Source: Selaginella moellendorffii
Lineage: Eukaryota; Plantae; Lycopodiophyta
DNA length: 64,000 bases
Assembly (NCBI RefSeq): GCF_000143415.4
Contig: NW_003314399.1
Location: 274,254-338,253 of the forward strand
Direction: 5' to 3'
The number at the start of each line of letters is the position of its first letter. The first letter of the stretch is position 1. The notes beneath the pieces were generated by a model. The model made no database searches. It was not told the DNA's origin and saw only the letters and a program-made list of their open reading frames with translations. Both the position numbers and the translations under genes were made by a program. This document shows positions 24,807-36,150 of the stretch, in pieces.

Positions 24807-26918
24807 CTACTGTTGTTTATGCCGGGGCTTAAACCGAAGTACAAGGTAAGCGAGAAGTCTATAGACGACGGCGAAAATTGCCGAAACGCCCAGGTTCATC
24901 CACTTGCTGGAATGCTCGAGGCCGGACTCGACCAGCACACTTCTTCCCGTGAGATTGCAGACTTTCGCAAAGCACACGTCAGAAAGAGACTCGTACTCGT
25001 TAATGAGCATCGCATCCAGTGGGTACTTGAAGACGGACAGGTAGTGCATAAACAGCCAGTACTTGGGAATATGATCCTTGGGGACGAAGTAGCCTGAGAA
25101 GAGGAAGAACGCTCCAAGAGTACCGGTGACGAGAGTGTTCCCCAATATATAGTCCGGAACCAGTGCGCTGAAGAAGGAAACGATCGAGTTGGCGTCCACC
25201 ACTACCATCCACACATCGAGCAGGAAGAAGACGTACGCTTCAATGGAATGGTTGAGGCCAACGAGGAAGTACGCCGGTACCGTATACAGGAGCGAGAAGA
25301 CGAACAGGAACGGCAGGAACATGAGCGTGTTGGCGATCACATACGACGAGACCCTGTATGTTCCCCTGGAAGTTTCACGCTCGAAGATCTGGCGCTCCGC
25401 GAGAAACATCGGCAGTGACTCACTCGTCGACGTGAGCAGGAACGTGAGAGTGAAGGCGAAGAAGCCGTAGCGTTCCCGGACGCCTACGACGTTCCGTCCC
25501 AGGTGGGTGAACACCGAGCCGAGAGCAAAGCCAGCACCGAGCGCTTGCGCAGTTCTCGCCAGCGACAACTGCTTGGTTCTCCATATGGTCTTCCAACACC
25601 GGCTAGACAGCAACAAGATCTCCCTGCATCGAGAGTTGGCGAAAGTTGGCTTGTCGACGATCCGAGGAGCAGCAAAAACCGATGGTGGCGGTGGTGGTGG
25701 CGACTTGTCGTGCACTCTCTGGTTGAACAAGTCCTCGAGCGAGCAGCGCATTTTCGAGACCGGAACGTTGAAACACTCGGCGATGATACCGTCGCAGCCC
25801 CTGTCCGCCTCGATCAGATTGATGGTCTCGATGGCATACTCGACAACGTTCACCTGAGGGGGGAAGCTGTGGCCGGCCGCGAAGAGCTTGTCCGAGAGCT
25901 CCTGCAAGCTCCCGCTGTGGATCATCCGTCCTGGACCCAGCAGCACGATGGAGTGAATGAGCTCGAGGATCCGGAAGCCCGGCTGGTGGATACTGAGGAT
26001 GATGGTCCTCTCGTGGGACTTAGCCATGTTGTGGAGCATCGCCACCACCTGGAGCGCCGCCGCTGAGTCCAAGCCGGAAGTTGGCTCGTCCAGGAGCAGT
26101 ACGGCCGGGTCGTGGATCACGTCAACTCCGATAGAAACTCTCCGTCGCTCGCCGCCAGAGACTCCACGGACAGCGTCGCTGCCTATCCTCGACGACGCCA
26201 CGCCACGCAGCCCGAGCTCCGCCATGAGCAGCTCCACCCGAGCGCGCTTGGCCGACGCGGGCATGCTGGAAGGAAGCCGGAGCTGCGCGCTACACATGAG
26301 CGTCTCCGCCACGGTGAGCATCGGGAAGAGCAAGTCGTGCTGCATGACGTAGCCGGAGATCCGCCGGAAGGAGCTCAGCTCCATTGGCCGCTTGTTCACC
26401 AGTATGCTGCTGTTCTTCGCGGGGGTGATGCGACCGGCCAGTATCTCCAGGAGGGTCGACTTCCCTGCTCCGCTCGGCCCCGCAATTGCGAGCAATTCAC
26501 CCGGCTTGGCAGTACAGTTGACGTTCCGGAGGATGGTCTTGGTCTGGAGGAGCTCCGGCCAGTAGTTCTTTGGGACGAAGCACGCTACTCCGGTGGACGC
26601 TCTGCTGGGGACTGTATGATAGCTGAGGTTCTTTACCTGGATCTCGTACGGGACCGAGCGCCTCGGCGAGTGGAGAGGCGAGTCGTCTTCGTCGCTGTAG
26701 AGCTTGACGTGCGGGATGTTTACAACGGTCTCGTCCCGCATGCTGTGAGTGCAAGGTCGCTGGCAAGCTCCACATCGCAGGGGACTCTTCTGGGACAGGA
26801 CTTGGAGGAGATTGTTACCATTGCCGGCGTGGCTGTTGCTGCTGCTCTTGTGAGTATTATTACTTCCCTCTTCTCCTGTTGTTGATTGTTCTTCGCTCGA
26901 CTCCTGAGCCATTCCCAT
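24807..26918 (-). CDS. ABCG half-size transporter (WBC type), intronless
   Basis: Walker A GPSGAGKST, signature VSGGERRRVSIG, Walker B LLLDEPTSGLDS, SIHQP, then ABC2 membrane domain (FLAERQIFERETSRGTY). Confidence 0.95.
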   Translation of the reverse strand: MGMAQESSEEQSTTGEEGSNNTHKSSSNSHAGNGNNLLQVLSQKSPLRCGACQRPCTHSMRDETVVNIPHVKLYSDEDDSPLHSPRRSVPYEIQVKNLSYHTVPSRASTGVACFVPKNYWPELLQTKTILRNVNCTAKPGELLAIAGPSGAGKSTLLEILAGRITPAKNSSILVNKRPMELSSFRRISGYVMQHDLLFPMLTVAETLMCSAQLRLPSSMPASAKRARVELLMAELGLRGVASSRIGSDAVRGVSGGERRRVSIGVDVIHDPAVLLLDEPTSGLDSAAALQVVAMLHNMAKSHERTIILSIHQPGFRILELIHSIVLLGPGRMIHSGSLQELSDKLFAAGHSFPPQVNVVEYAIETINLIEADRGCDGIIAECFNVPVSKMRCSLEDLFNQRVHDKSPPPPPPSVFAAPRIVDKPTFANSRCREILLLSSRCWKTIWRTKQLSLARTAQALGAGFALGSVFTHLGRNVVGVRERYGFFAFTLTFLLTSTSESLPMFLAERQIFERETSRGTYRVSSYVIANTLMFLPFLFVFSLLYTVPAYFLVGLNHSIEAYVFFLLDVWMVVVDANSIVSFFSALVPDYILGNTLVTGTLGAFFLFSGYFVPKDHIPKYWLFMHYLSVFKYPLDAMLINEYESLSDVCFAKVCNLTGRSVLVESGLEHSSKWMNLGVSAIFAVVYRLLAYLVLRFKPRHKQQ

Positions 26919-28255
26919 CGCTGACTCGCTTTCCTTTCGTGACAGAAGCTCTAGCAGCAACACCTCTGCCGCTGTCTTCCAAGGTCTAAAGGAAATGCAC
27001 CACGCATGAACGCAAAAGGTAGATTGAGCTCAAGCTCACACACTCTTTTCTCCCTTCCTTTTTTCTTTCTTTCGTTTCCACACAGAGCTATCCTGCAAGT
27101 TCCAGCGCAAGTGCTATATGCTTTTTGCCTCTCGAGGAGTAAATGCAAGCGAGGAGCACAGCAGTGGTGGTGCTTTAGCTCAAACCTGTGACTCGAATGT
27201 GCTCGCCTGGTTTATATACCTACACCACACATAAGGCGGAGAACTGCGCGGGTTGACAGGAGCCAGGCCTGTGCGTGATGCCGAGTGGTGGTAAATGCTT
27301 TATCATGATTATCGAGGTAAGCTTCCAATCTATTCCTTGCTTAATTATCTTTGCAACTTGCAAGGGCTGTGGCGTGATACGCAAGATTTTCCACGCGTGG
27401 CAACTCTTACGTAATTGCATGGATTCTAACAGGTAACCATAGCTCTGTGTTCATTAACTTGCAAGGAATAACCTCTTCTCCGTTAGGTGGAGTGGTCACA
27501 TAAAACCCATAACTATGTGCTTTCACTGCTCAAACGTCCTCGTCCATCGTGGATACACACTAAAAACCAGGTAATCTTTTTGGAAGTTACCCCCTTGCGT
27601 GTGAAAGAGTCTTACATTAGTTTGTTCTTCGTACACCAGTTCTAAAAAACACATGTGACTTTTCAGAGGGCGCTTAAATCCTGTGTGTGATTGGAGCTAA
27701 ACTTGAAAACGCTGTGCCTCCATATGTTTGTCTTGTAGAAGAATGCTACTCAACTCAACTCAGAGCTCCAGAGCTCCAGAGCTCACAGTGCAGTGCACCG
27801 CAGATGAAAGGATTTTTTTCTTTCCCCAGGACAGCGAATGAAGAACCGCAAGAAAACAAAGTAAAAAAAAAGTTGGATCTGGGGGTTTTCTTACTGAGAG
27901 AACCGGAGACGAGGACCAAGCAGCTTCATGCGAGAACGCCACACACAAAAGTAGCGAAAAAGAGAGAAAAAGCTGCGCGCAGTTTACGCGTTTGTTTGTT
28001 TCTCCCTGACAGAGGAGAAAGGAATTTATACCAAGGAAAGAGACCAAACCTTGTGTGTGTGTGTGTGTTCGCCACCACAAAGAATGTAAAAGAATCCCGA
28101 TGGATAGGGTCATTCCTAAGGCCCTTATGCGTGCTTGCCTGACTAAAAACAGTGGGACAGCCAAGAGTCACGGATCACCCATGCCAAGCCGCTGGACAAA
28201 AGTTTTTTAAAAAAATGGAGAAATAGGAAAAACTTGAGAACTTTCTTACTTGGAG

Positions 28256-30099
28256 TCATGATAAGTCGAGAATCAGCTGGCCTGCTATGATCCCGCAAGC
28301 ACATACGCCTGTAACCGCCAAGGTTCCACGCTTTGTGATCCAGTTTCTTCCGCCAGGATACTGGGAGTTTCCAGATTCTTTGGCCAGTCCCCACGCCATT
28401 ACAGGTGGAAGAACACCATAGAGCGTGGTCATGCCATATCCCCCCTGCGTTAAGTTTCAGCGCATCAGCTCGCGACATCTTAGAGCACAGAGAAAACGAT
28501 TTTCTTTTAGCTTACCGCCAGGTCTGCAGCTGTGAAGAAGGCGTCTGAGATACTTAGTGAGAGCAGGAGAGGAGGAACGAGAACCAATGCCACCGAGACG
28601 AGTTTTATATGCGCTGGCCTCGGGGACGTTGCATCATCAAAGAATGTTTCGCCTGGAAGTAAGATGGCGATGGACTTCCCAAGCCGCTCGATGAAAAACT
28701 CGGACATTCCGAGCACGGAGCCAATTATGGATGTTAGCACGGCTAGAAGAGAAAAGAGCTGCACAGCGAAGGAGGTCCTGCATGTACAAACGTTGTTGCA
28801 GAAAAGAAGAAAGAAAATACGAGCTTACTGAATAGCCAGACTTAGAGGATCCGCATTCCCAGACGTAGAAGCGAGAGAAAGAGCTACAGCGTTCCAGCAC
28901 AGAAGCATGGCCAGAGGTATCGCGCTGCCGACGATAACCGACGTCTGTATCCGCCTTACATCGCCATCCAAATATGTGCAAATGACTACAAAACCTTTCA
29001 TGTTATCGAGGACACGTTCATCGCTTTCGCCATACCTGGAATTAAGTCGTGGTAAACCAGAGCCAGAAAAATAACGGGAATAGCCTCTGGAGCCGTGTTC
29101 CAGTTCTGATGCAAAAGAGCTGCCCAGTCTCCATATTTAGAGCCTCCAATGACGAGCAAGAGAAAGAGCCCTGCAGAATGGTTTCTTGTAAAGAAAAAAC
29201 TTTTTCTTTGGAAAAAGGACTTCACCTCACCTATCAGTCCCGCAGTCATGAACTGATTGGCTCGGTCAGCGAGTTTGGTTCCGCCAGAGAGAAGCAAATA
29301 TCCAAATACGCCGACGAACAAAACTTCCGCTATCTGTCTTGGGACGTGAAATAACAGGGAGAGAACTTCGCCTGACTTGGAAATGTAGGCCACTATAAGT
29401 GCATATGTGAGGAGCACGTAAACCGCTCCAACAAGGATTCCTCCTCGGCTGCCCAGAGTTGTCTCGGCCATAGTTTGAAGAGAGATGACTTTCGACAGTG
29501 AATGGTTTGCTTTTTTGCTGCTCATCAGAGCCAAGTTCACTTCGACCAGAAGAAAAGCCTCCAAAACCAAAAAGATCCAAGAAACAGTCATTATGCTTGC
29601 AGAGGGAATAAAACCCTGAGAGGGAAAATGAAAGAATAACGTTTACAAAAGAAAAACAAAAACAATAATCTGGACTCACTGCTGCGATAGTTTTTGCTGG
29701 TACTGCCAGAATTCCAGCACCAATGCTGGTTCCAGTAATCAACGCAATTGCTCCCACAAGCGTGCCATTGCCTGGTGTTGTTTCAGCGCTCTCTCTCCTG
29801 ATGCTCCTGCCTTTCACACTTGTACTCCTGCGAAAACTTTCAATTAACAATCGAACACCACCAGTTGCATTACCTTGGTCGATCCTCTTGGGACCCTGCT
29901 GCAGGATTTAACCTCTGGAATTTCTTGCAGGCTGTAGGAACCCGACTATGAAAGACAATTTGACTCCTCACACATCTCCCCGGAAATTGTACTCCGGGTT
30001 TCACGTAGAGCTGCTTAAATCCAAAAGCGTTAGAAAATAGATAAAACGCCGAACATGATAGCTTACCTCAGAACAAGACCATCCCCCTCGAATATCCAT
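28256..30099 (-). CDS. Tryptophan/tyrosine permease (TyrP-like), multi-exon, probable transit peptide
   Basis: GTLVGAIALITGTSIGAGILAVP, LLVEVN, SLQTMAETTLG, LIVAYISKSGE, IPVIFLALVYHDLIP, FSLLAVLTSIIGSVLG; start and stop inferred from exon reading. Confidence 0.85.
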
Positions 30100-30319
30100 G
30101 CCCTCCTCACTGCTCCCAGGACATGGGAAGCACAAAGATCCCGGCCCTTCCGAAGAAAAAAATCGGAAATAGAGAATATAATGTAGGACCGACGTCTTCA
30201 AAGTCATTGTCGTCTTGCACCCTTGTTTTCCATGGACTCGCAAGCTGTAGCCACTCTGCTGTCAAACATCCAGTCGGGATGAAAGAAAAAAAAAAGATTT
30301 TACGTACTTGGACATCTGC

Positions 30320-32519
30320 TTAGAGAGGAGCCCTGCTGTAGACTTGCAGGCCCTTCCACGGTGGAGCAGGATTGTCCCGAGCCATGAAGCCTTGCATGAT
30401 CTTCTCGATCGCTTCTGATGACGGATAAGGCCTTCGCAATGCTATGCTGTTTCCGTCTTGAACTGGTACAATCAGTTCGCTGGTGAAGACGTTTTTGATC
30501 TTCTGTGCAGTCGTCTCATGCCTCGCACCTAGAGTCCTCAGGCAGGAAAACCGTAAGTTGTAATCCACGATCCTCTTCACCCGGTCCAAGTTCTTCGAGC
30601 ACTTGTAGTAGTCAAGTATGCTGTTGGCCACACGAGCAAACTCCTCCACGATTTCAATCTCTGTCTTGTGCATCAGGTAGCGGTGAACCGTCGGCCTTCC
30701 CCGCATCAAGAACATGGAATTATTGAGCATGATCCTGATGTTCCGGATGGGAGTGTAAAACTCTGGTGGTGTCATTGTTGGCTTCACGATTGGCTCCTTG
30801 GCCTGCTTCTGTGGCTTTGGTGGTTTCTGGGCCGCCACTCTCTGCTTCTTCTTTTCATCGACAAAGGACTTGAGTGAAGCTTCCAACTGCTTCGCAGCTT
30901 CTGTGACTTCTGGAGGAAAAATCTTCTGTGTCCTCCTGTTCAACAGTATCTCCCTCGGACTCATAATGTGGTAGATGTTACGGTACTCCGGCCCGACGAT
31001 GGTGTCCTTGAGATTCTTAAGCACTTGCTGGAGTAAGTCCGATCCCTTTGTGACGTCCATTTGAACTGTACATGTCTCGTCGTAAGCTCGGCGAACTGTT
31101 TTCTTGCCAGCATGGACGTATTTCCTCATGACCCGTCGCCACCTATCTCCTTCTTTGATGAGTTCCAGTCTAGCCATGCGTTTCTTCCATTCCGACTCGG
31201 TCTTGTTCTTGGGACTGTAGAAACCTTCAGGATCGTCGCAAACTATTCGAAAGCCGAGAAAGCTGGCAGGGTTTTGCATGCTGTCCGCAATCGATCCAGA
31301 CTTCCTCTTGTTCATGTTGAAGCCAAGCTTCTCAATGAAAAACTTGGCGTCGTAGAAGATGTTGCTCGCGTCCTCCTTCGTACCGATAAAGCCCATCATG
31401 AACTGAGTTCCATGCCGGACGTACCAAAGCCTTCTATACTCCGGAAACTTGGCGATCAAAATGTGCCTCACGCCTTCACGCTTGAATGGTATGCTCGCTT
31501 CACGGCCATCCTTCATCGTCACGCACGGAATCTCTCCCCTCTTGTAGAGAGATATGTTGTGAGCGACTGAAAGATCGAACTTGTGCAAGTAGACGTTGCA
31601 AAGGAGCCTTCCCAGATTGGTCGACTTTCGGACGCGGCACCGGATCCCTTCCTCTACAGATCCCCGGATCATCCTCAAGACTCTCATGTCTCCAACAAGC
31701 TGCCGGAGTTCGTCCTGGAGATTCTTGGTCATTTTCCTCTCGCGGCAGCTCTGGATCCTGAACTTGAGAAACCAGCTTATGCCGACCCATCTCCGGATCT
31801 CCTTGAGAGCCGAGTGCTCTCCCAAGCCAGGGCGATGGCCGTGGGAGTAAACCAGAAAGTAAGGCTCGTAGACGGCCTCCAGCACCATCCTGAGCGCTTC
31901 CCGGACAATCTTATCGCCATTTCTCCCGCTAATATGCACCTTCTTTGCCGGTCCAGCAACTGTGTTTTCGAGAGAACTCCGAGGTACGAGCGCGTTGGTG
32001 CATTTCTCGTTTGGATTTTCAGCCTGAAAGAAGCAAAGAAAAAAACTCACGAAGAACTTCCAAAGTTTTGTATTCACCTTGAAAACGTCCGCGTTCCTCT
32101 CGTTTAGAACCTCCGCAGTGTTGCCAGGATCCTGCCAGAACATCAAACTTTAGACTCCAAGAGAAAAACTTCCTACCTTCTTTTTCCCTGGACGCCGGTT
32201 CCGTGGATGATCCTGCAAGAAAAGAAAGAAGCTAGCTCTTTATACCAAGCAAATCTTTCATTCAAATCTCTCGCGCACCTTCTTCACCGCACCAATGGTA
32301 GCGCTCCCCCGAGAAGAATTCCCCAGCTGCAAGAGAACAAGAACAAAAATTTACCACTCCAGAGGTTCCCATTTTTCCTCTACCTCTTTCGCCGATCCCG
32401 CATTCGCGCACTGCAAGCAAGCATTAGCTCCTGGCGATGGATCCACACAGAAATATCGATCGCAGCGCCGAGAGAGATCCTACCTTGGAGTATCGCCGGA
32501 CGATCGCGAGAAGGCGCAT
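30320..32519 (-). CDS. Nuclear-encoded group II intron maturase (nMAT1/nMAT2-like)
   Basis: RT-2 motif DKIVREALRMVLEAVYEP.F...SHG.RPG, RT-4 LLCNVYLHKFD, degenerate RT-5 YVRHGTQ (instead of YADD), FLGF, domain X (YYKCSKN..RVK.IVDYNLRFSCLRTLGARH); candidate 5' exon MRLLAIVRRYSK (mitochondrial presequence-like); 5' exon structure uncertain. Confidence 0.85.
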
Positions 32520-32530
32520 TCCCTCCTCTA

Positions 32531-32543
32531 AAACCCTAAACCC
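32531..32543. promoter_or_regulatory. Telo-box in the ~100 bp divergent promoter of maturase and RRP4
   Basis: AAACCCTAAACCC between ATGs at 32519 (-) and 32624 (+). Confidence 0.5.
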
Positions 32544-32623
32544 TTGCAATGTGAGCAAGCATTGATCATCTTTCCACCGCCGCGCCTTTCCATTCCGTGA
32601 TCAACGACAGCAAACTAGGGCTC

Positions 32624-33790
32624 ATGGACCAAGTGGTGGTAATTGGGGATTCTCTCGCAATCCCTGGGAAGGAGAGCGTTTCAAGGTAAGCGAAGATCAA
32701 TCACGCATAGCTTCTCTGATAATCTCCACTAGTGGCCATGGATCGCAGAGCGTGAGCGGAGAAATCCGCGCGACCGTGTGTGGAATTCTCCGGCCCCAAG
32801 GCTCTTTCATCACAGTCGATCCATTCTTGACAAGGTTTGCTTGCTTCTTCCAAGTTCGCTGGAATGTTTTTCTTTCGTTGTTCTTGCCAGATACAAGCCG
32901 GAGAAGGGCCATGTCGTGATCGGGCGTATTGTAGAGGTGATGTGTTCTTCGCTAGTGAGCGTTGGCTCAAGGATTTCTTCGTTTCTGCAAGGTTGCGCAA
33001 GGGAGCTGGAGGGTGGACATCAGCTGCGATCGCCATGCTCGATTGGAGCTATCGTCTGTGGATCTGCCAGCGAGCATCCAGGTAACTTACGTCGATTCTC
33101 TTCGTGATCTTCGAGCCTGTCCGTGATCCAGCGACGAAGAACTGCCGCGGATGAGCTCAACATGCGAAACTTTCTCGTCGAAACCGATGTCATCAGGATT
33201 GTTTTTGTGTTTCTCCCTCGATCACGCTCACGATTCTATCTACCCAGGCCGAGATCACCAAGGCCGATCAAGGCTGGCCAGCGGAGCTCTACAGACTGGG
33301 AACGTTTCAGAAGCTCGCCTATGGAAACGTTTGTGAGAAAGAGAATTGTTCTTCCTGGAAAACTTATTCGTTCTTCGCAGCTCAAGAAGGGCCAAGCTGT
33401 CAAGGTGAAACCATACCTGCTCAAGATGAAGAAGCACGTCCATGTCTTCCACGCCAAGGAGTGCCAAGTGAGATCATCTTCGGCTGCAATGGCAGGGTCT
33501 GGATTGGCGATGCGAACCAAGGCGATGAGGTCGAGCAGGAGCTTTCGATTGGCACCAGGGAGGTGATTTGCCGCCTCGCAAACGCCGTGAGGGCGATGAA
33601 TGCCGCGGGAGTGCTCATCTGGTTCGAGCGAGTCGTGGAGGCTTTCGACAAGAGCCTCAGCTCCGCCACCACCATCAGAGAAATGCTGGACTCCAGATTC
33701 GAGCACCAAGTTTCTCAAAGTAGCTGGAACAAATCGAAGAGATCTTCGGGAAGATCATCCTTATATCATACCTTTCTCGATGGATCTTAG
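32624..33790 (+). CDS. RRP4: Exosome subunit RRP4-like (divergent; apparent frameshift near 33468)
   Basis: Spliced GHG...ATVCG, RYKPEKGHVVIGRIVEV, WRVDI, LSSVDLP, RRRTAADELNMR, LKKGQ, IFGCNGRVWI, REVICRLANAVRAM. Confidence 0.8.
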
Positions 33791-34012
33791 TGTTCTTTCG
33801 GGATTCTTTGGAGAATGTTGCCAATTCCGTGCTTGATCTTGCTAAATCTTTTATATCGATCTCATACCTTCTTTATCGATCGAGCGCTAGTTCTACTGCG
33901 ATCGACAGCACACTGCAAGAGAATATCAGATCCTTGCGGTGATTTCAACACAAAATATCGATCGCGACCCTGAGAACAAGAAATCCATGCTTAGATCGCA
34001 CCGGACGATCGC

Positions 34013-35875
34013 TCACGCACTGCAGGCATTGGCCAGCAGCACGTATCCCGCTCCATCGCCACCTTCCAGATCAAGCACGCTCTTGGCGGCGGCCGCGCCA
34101 TTCCCATCGCCGCTCCTCCCCCAAGCGCCTAGCAAGCTCCTCCAGTATGCCGCGTCCGGAAGATAAGGCATATTCGCGATCAAGTCCCGGGCATCTTCCA
34201 GATGCCCCGACCGGCTCAACACATCCACCATGCACGAGAAGTGCTGGCTTTCCGGCCTCATGTCATAGTCCAGCGTCATTGCCACGAGGGACGCCCGGCA
34301 CGCGCCAAGCTTGCCAGCGTGGCTGCACGACAGCATGACCGAGATGAAGTGCGTGCCAGCTGGCATCTCATATAGCACCGACACGTGGAAGAGCTCCAGC
34401 GCCGTCCTGGGCTGCCCGTTTTGGGCGTAGCCGGCAATCAGCGCACTCCACGTCACCACATTCTTCGCGGGCATCGCGTCGAAAATCCTCTGGCTCTGCC
34501 CGAGATTCCCATTCTGGGCATATGCCGCCAGCATGGCTGTCCACGTCACAACGTCACGCTCCAGCAGGGCGTGGAAGACTTTCCACGCGTCTTTCATATG
34601 CCCGAGCTGGGAATATCCACACAGGAGCGCGTTAGATGATACCAGAGTTCTTTGAGGCATGTCCGTGGCAAGCTTCTGTGCATATTCCAGATGCCCTCTT
34701 TGGGCATATGCGGCCACAATGATATTCCAAGTTACAGCATCATGCTCCGGCATAGAATCAAAGAAGCTTTTGGCAACTTCTACAGACTCTTGTTGGGAAT
34801 ATGCACCTAGCATGGTGTTCCAGGAGATAATATTTCTCTCTGGCATCGTATCAAAGACATCTTTTGCATCACTAGTATGCCCATTTGCCGCAAATATTGA
34901 GAGCATAGACGTCCATGATACAATGTTCCACTCTGGCATTTTATCAAATAAAAATTTAGCCTCTTTCCATTCGTCATTTTCCACGTAAGAATCCAGCATG
35001 GCATTCCAAGAGACTACATTTCTCTGTGGCATGGAGCTAAACACGTCAACCGTGTCTTGCAGATGCCCACTATGAGCATAAGCCGAGAGCATGGCATTCC
35101 ACGTCACCGTGTCTCTTTCCGGGGCGGAATCAAACACCTCCTTGGCCTCCTGGACATTCAAGCTACACGCCGCAACCATGGCATTCCATGTTACAAGATT
35201 ATGCTGCGGAATGTCCTCGTAAAACAACCGCTTGGCTTCTTCCACGTGTCCATTCTGTGCATAGGCGGAGATCACGGCCGTCGACGAGATGAGGTCCTGT
35301 TCTGGCATACTTTCCAGTAACCGCCTTGCATGCTCGAAGAATCCCAGTTGTGAATATACCGCAACCATGGCAGTCCACGACACAAGGTTCCATTTTGGCA
35401 TGGAATCAAATATTTGTTTGGCATCATCAAGATACCCATTGTGGGCATATGCTGATAATATTGCATTCCATGAAACAATATCACGTTCTTGTATGAACAC
35501 GAAAAAGAATCCAGCAACCTCTTTGATATGCCCGTTTTGGGCATATGCAGCCAGCATGCAATTAAAAGAAACAATGTTCCATTTTGGCATCGCATCAAAG
35601 ACGCTCTTAGCCTCGTCGATATGCCCATTGCTGCAGTAGGCAGTGAGCATTAGATTCCAGGTGAAGGAATCTCTCACGACGCTCGCGTCAAAGATCCGAC
35701 GAGCATGATCCACGCTCCCGCATTTGCCGTACATATGGATGAGGCGATTCGACAGGAAAACGTCGCTAGCTTTGAGGAGCGGCTTGATTTTGAGGTGAAG
35801 CTCCTGGGCAGTGCGCAGCGTCTTGCAACTGTCAATCAGTCGGAGGCACTCTTTGCGATCGATGCATGGTGTCAT
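34013..35875 (-). CDS. PLS-class PPR protein with E domain
   Basis: Intronless 620-aa ORF; LIHMYGKCGS, many FD.MP..NVVSWN repeats, HFSCMVDVLSRSG, WRSLLGAW...GYVLLAN; no DYW. Confidence 0.93.
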   Translation of the reverse strand: MTPCIDRKECLRLIDSCKTLRTAQELHLKIKPLLKASDVFLSNRLIHMYGKCGSVDHARRIFDASVVRDSFTWNLMLTAYCSNGHIDEAKSVFDAMPKWNIVSFNCMLAAYAQNGHIKEVAGFFFVFIQERDIVSWNAILSAYAHNGYLDDAKQIFDSMPKWNLVSWTAMVAVYSQLGFFEHARRLLESMPEQDLISSTAVISAYAQNGHVEEAKRLFYEDIPQHNLVTWNAMVAACSLNVQEAKEVFDSAPERDTVTWNAMLSAYAHSGHLQDTVDVFSSMPQRNVVSWNAMLDSYVENDEWKEAKFLFDKMPEWNIVSWTSMLSIFAANGHTSDAKDVFDTMPERNIISWNTMLGAYSQQESVEVAKSFFDSMPEHDAVTWNIIVAAYAQRGHLEYAQKLATDMPQRTLVSSNALLCGYSQLGHMKDAWKVFHALLERDVVTWTAMLAAYAQNGNLGQSQRIFDAMPAKNVVTWSALIAGYAQNGQPRTALELFHVSVLYEMPAGTHFISVMLSCSHAGKLGACRASLVAMTLDYDMRPESQHFSCMVDVLSRSGHLEDARDLIANMPYLPDAAYWRSLLGAWGRSGDGNGAAAAKSVLDLEGGDGAGYVLLANACSA

Positions 35876-35932
35876 ACCCTGCTGAAACTAACTGTCACTT
35901 TTTCGTATAGAGAAACTGGAAAAACAAACTTT

Positions 35933-36150
35933 TCAGCGTGCGAGTCGACCGCCAACACAAACTTGTTCCTCGGGGATACAAGCCAAAGGCATTACCGAGT
36001 GCTTGCCGAGATCAAACAAAGTCCTGACAGTAAACCCAGAACTAAAGTTTTGAGCAAGAGCGTTAAACTCACGAACAAACTGGCCTGAAGCGTCACTAGC
36101 AAGCGAGACGAGCAGCAGCGCTCCGATGATCCAGGCCGAGCTGTTCTTCA
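35933..36150 (-). pseudogene. Truncated NHL-repeat gene copy (exon 1 only)
   Basis: MKNSSAWIIGALLLVSLASDASGQFVREFNALAQNFSSGFTVRTLFDLGKHSV is near-identical to the copies at 46.9, 53.9 and 60.0 kb, then frameshifts and breaks off. Confidence 0.8.

Noticed and set aside
25503-26885. Plus-strand ORFs of 187 and 257 aa
   Set aside because: Antisense to the GC3-rich ABCG gene.
30320-32146. Mobile group II intron or retron-like RT system
   Set aside because: Catalytic YADD is lost, there are spliceosomal introns and no flanking intron RNA motifs; fits a domesticated nuclear maturase.
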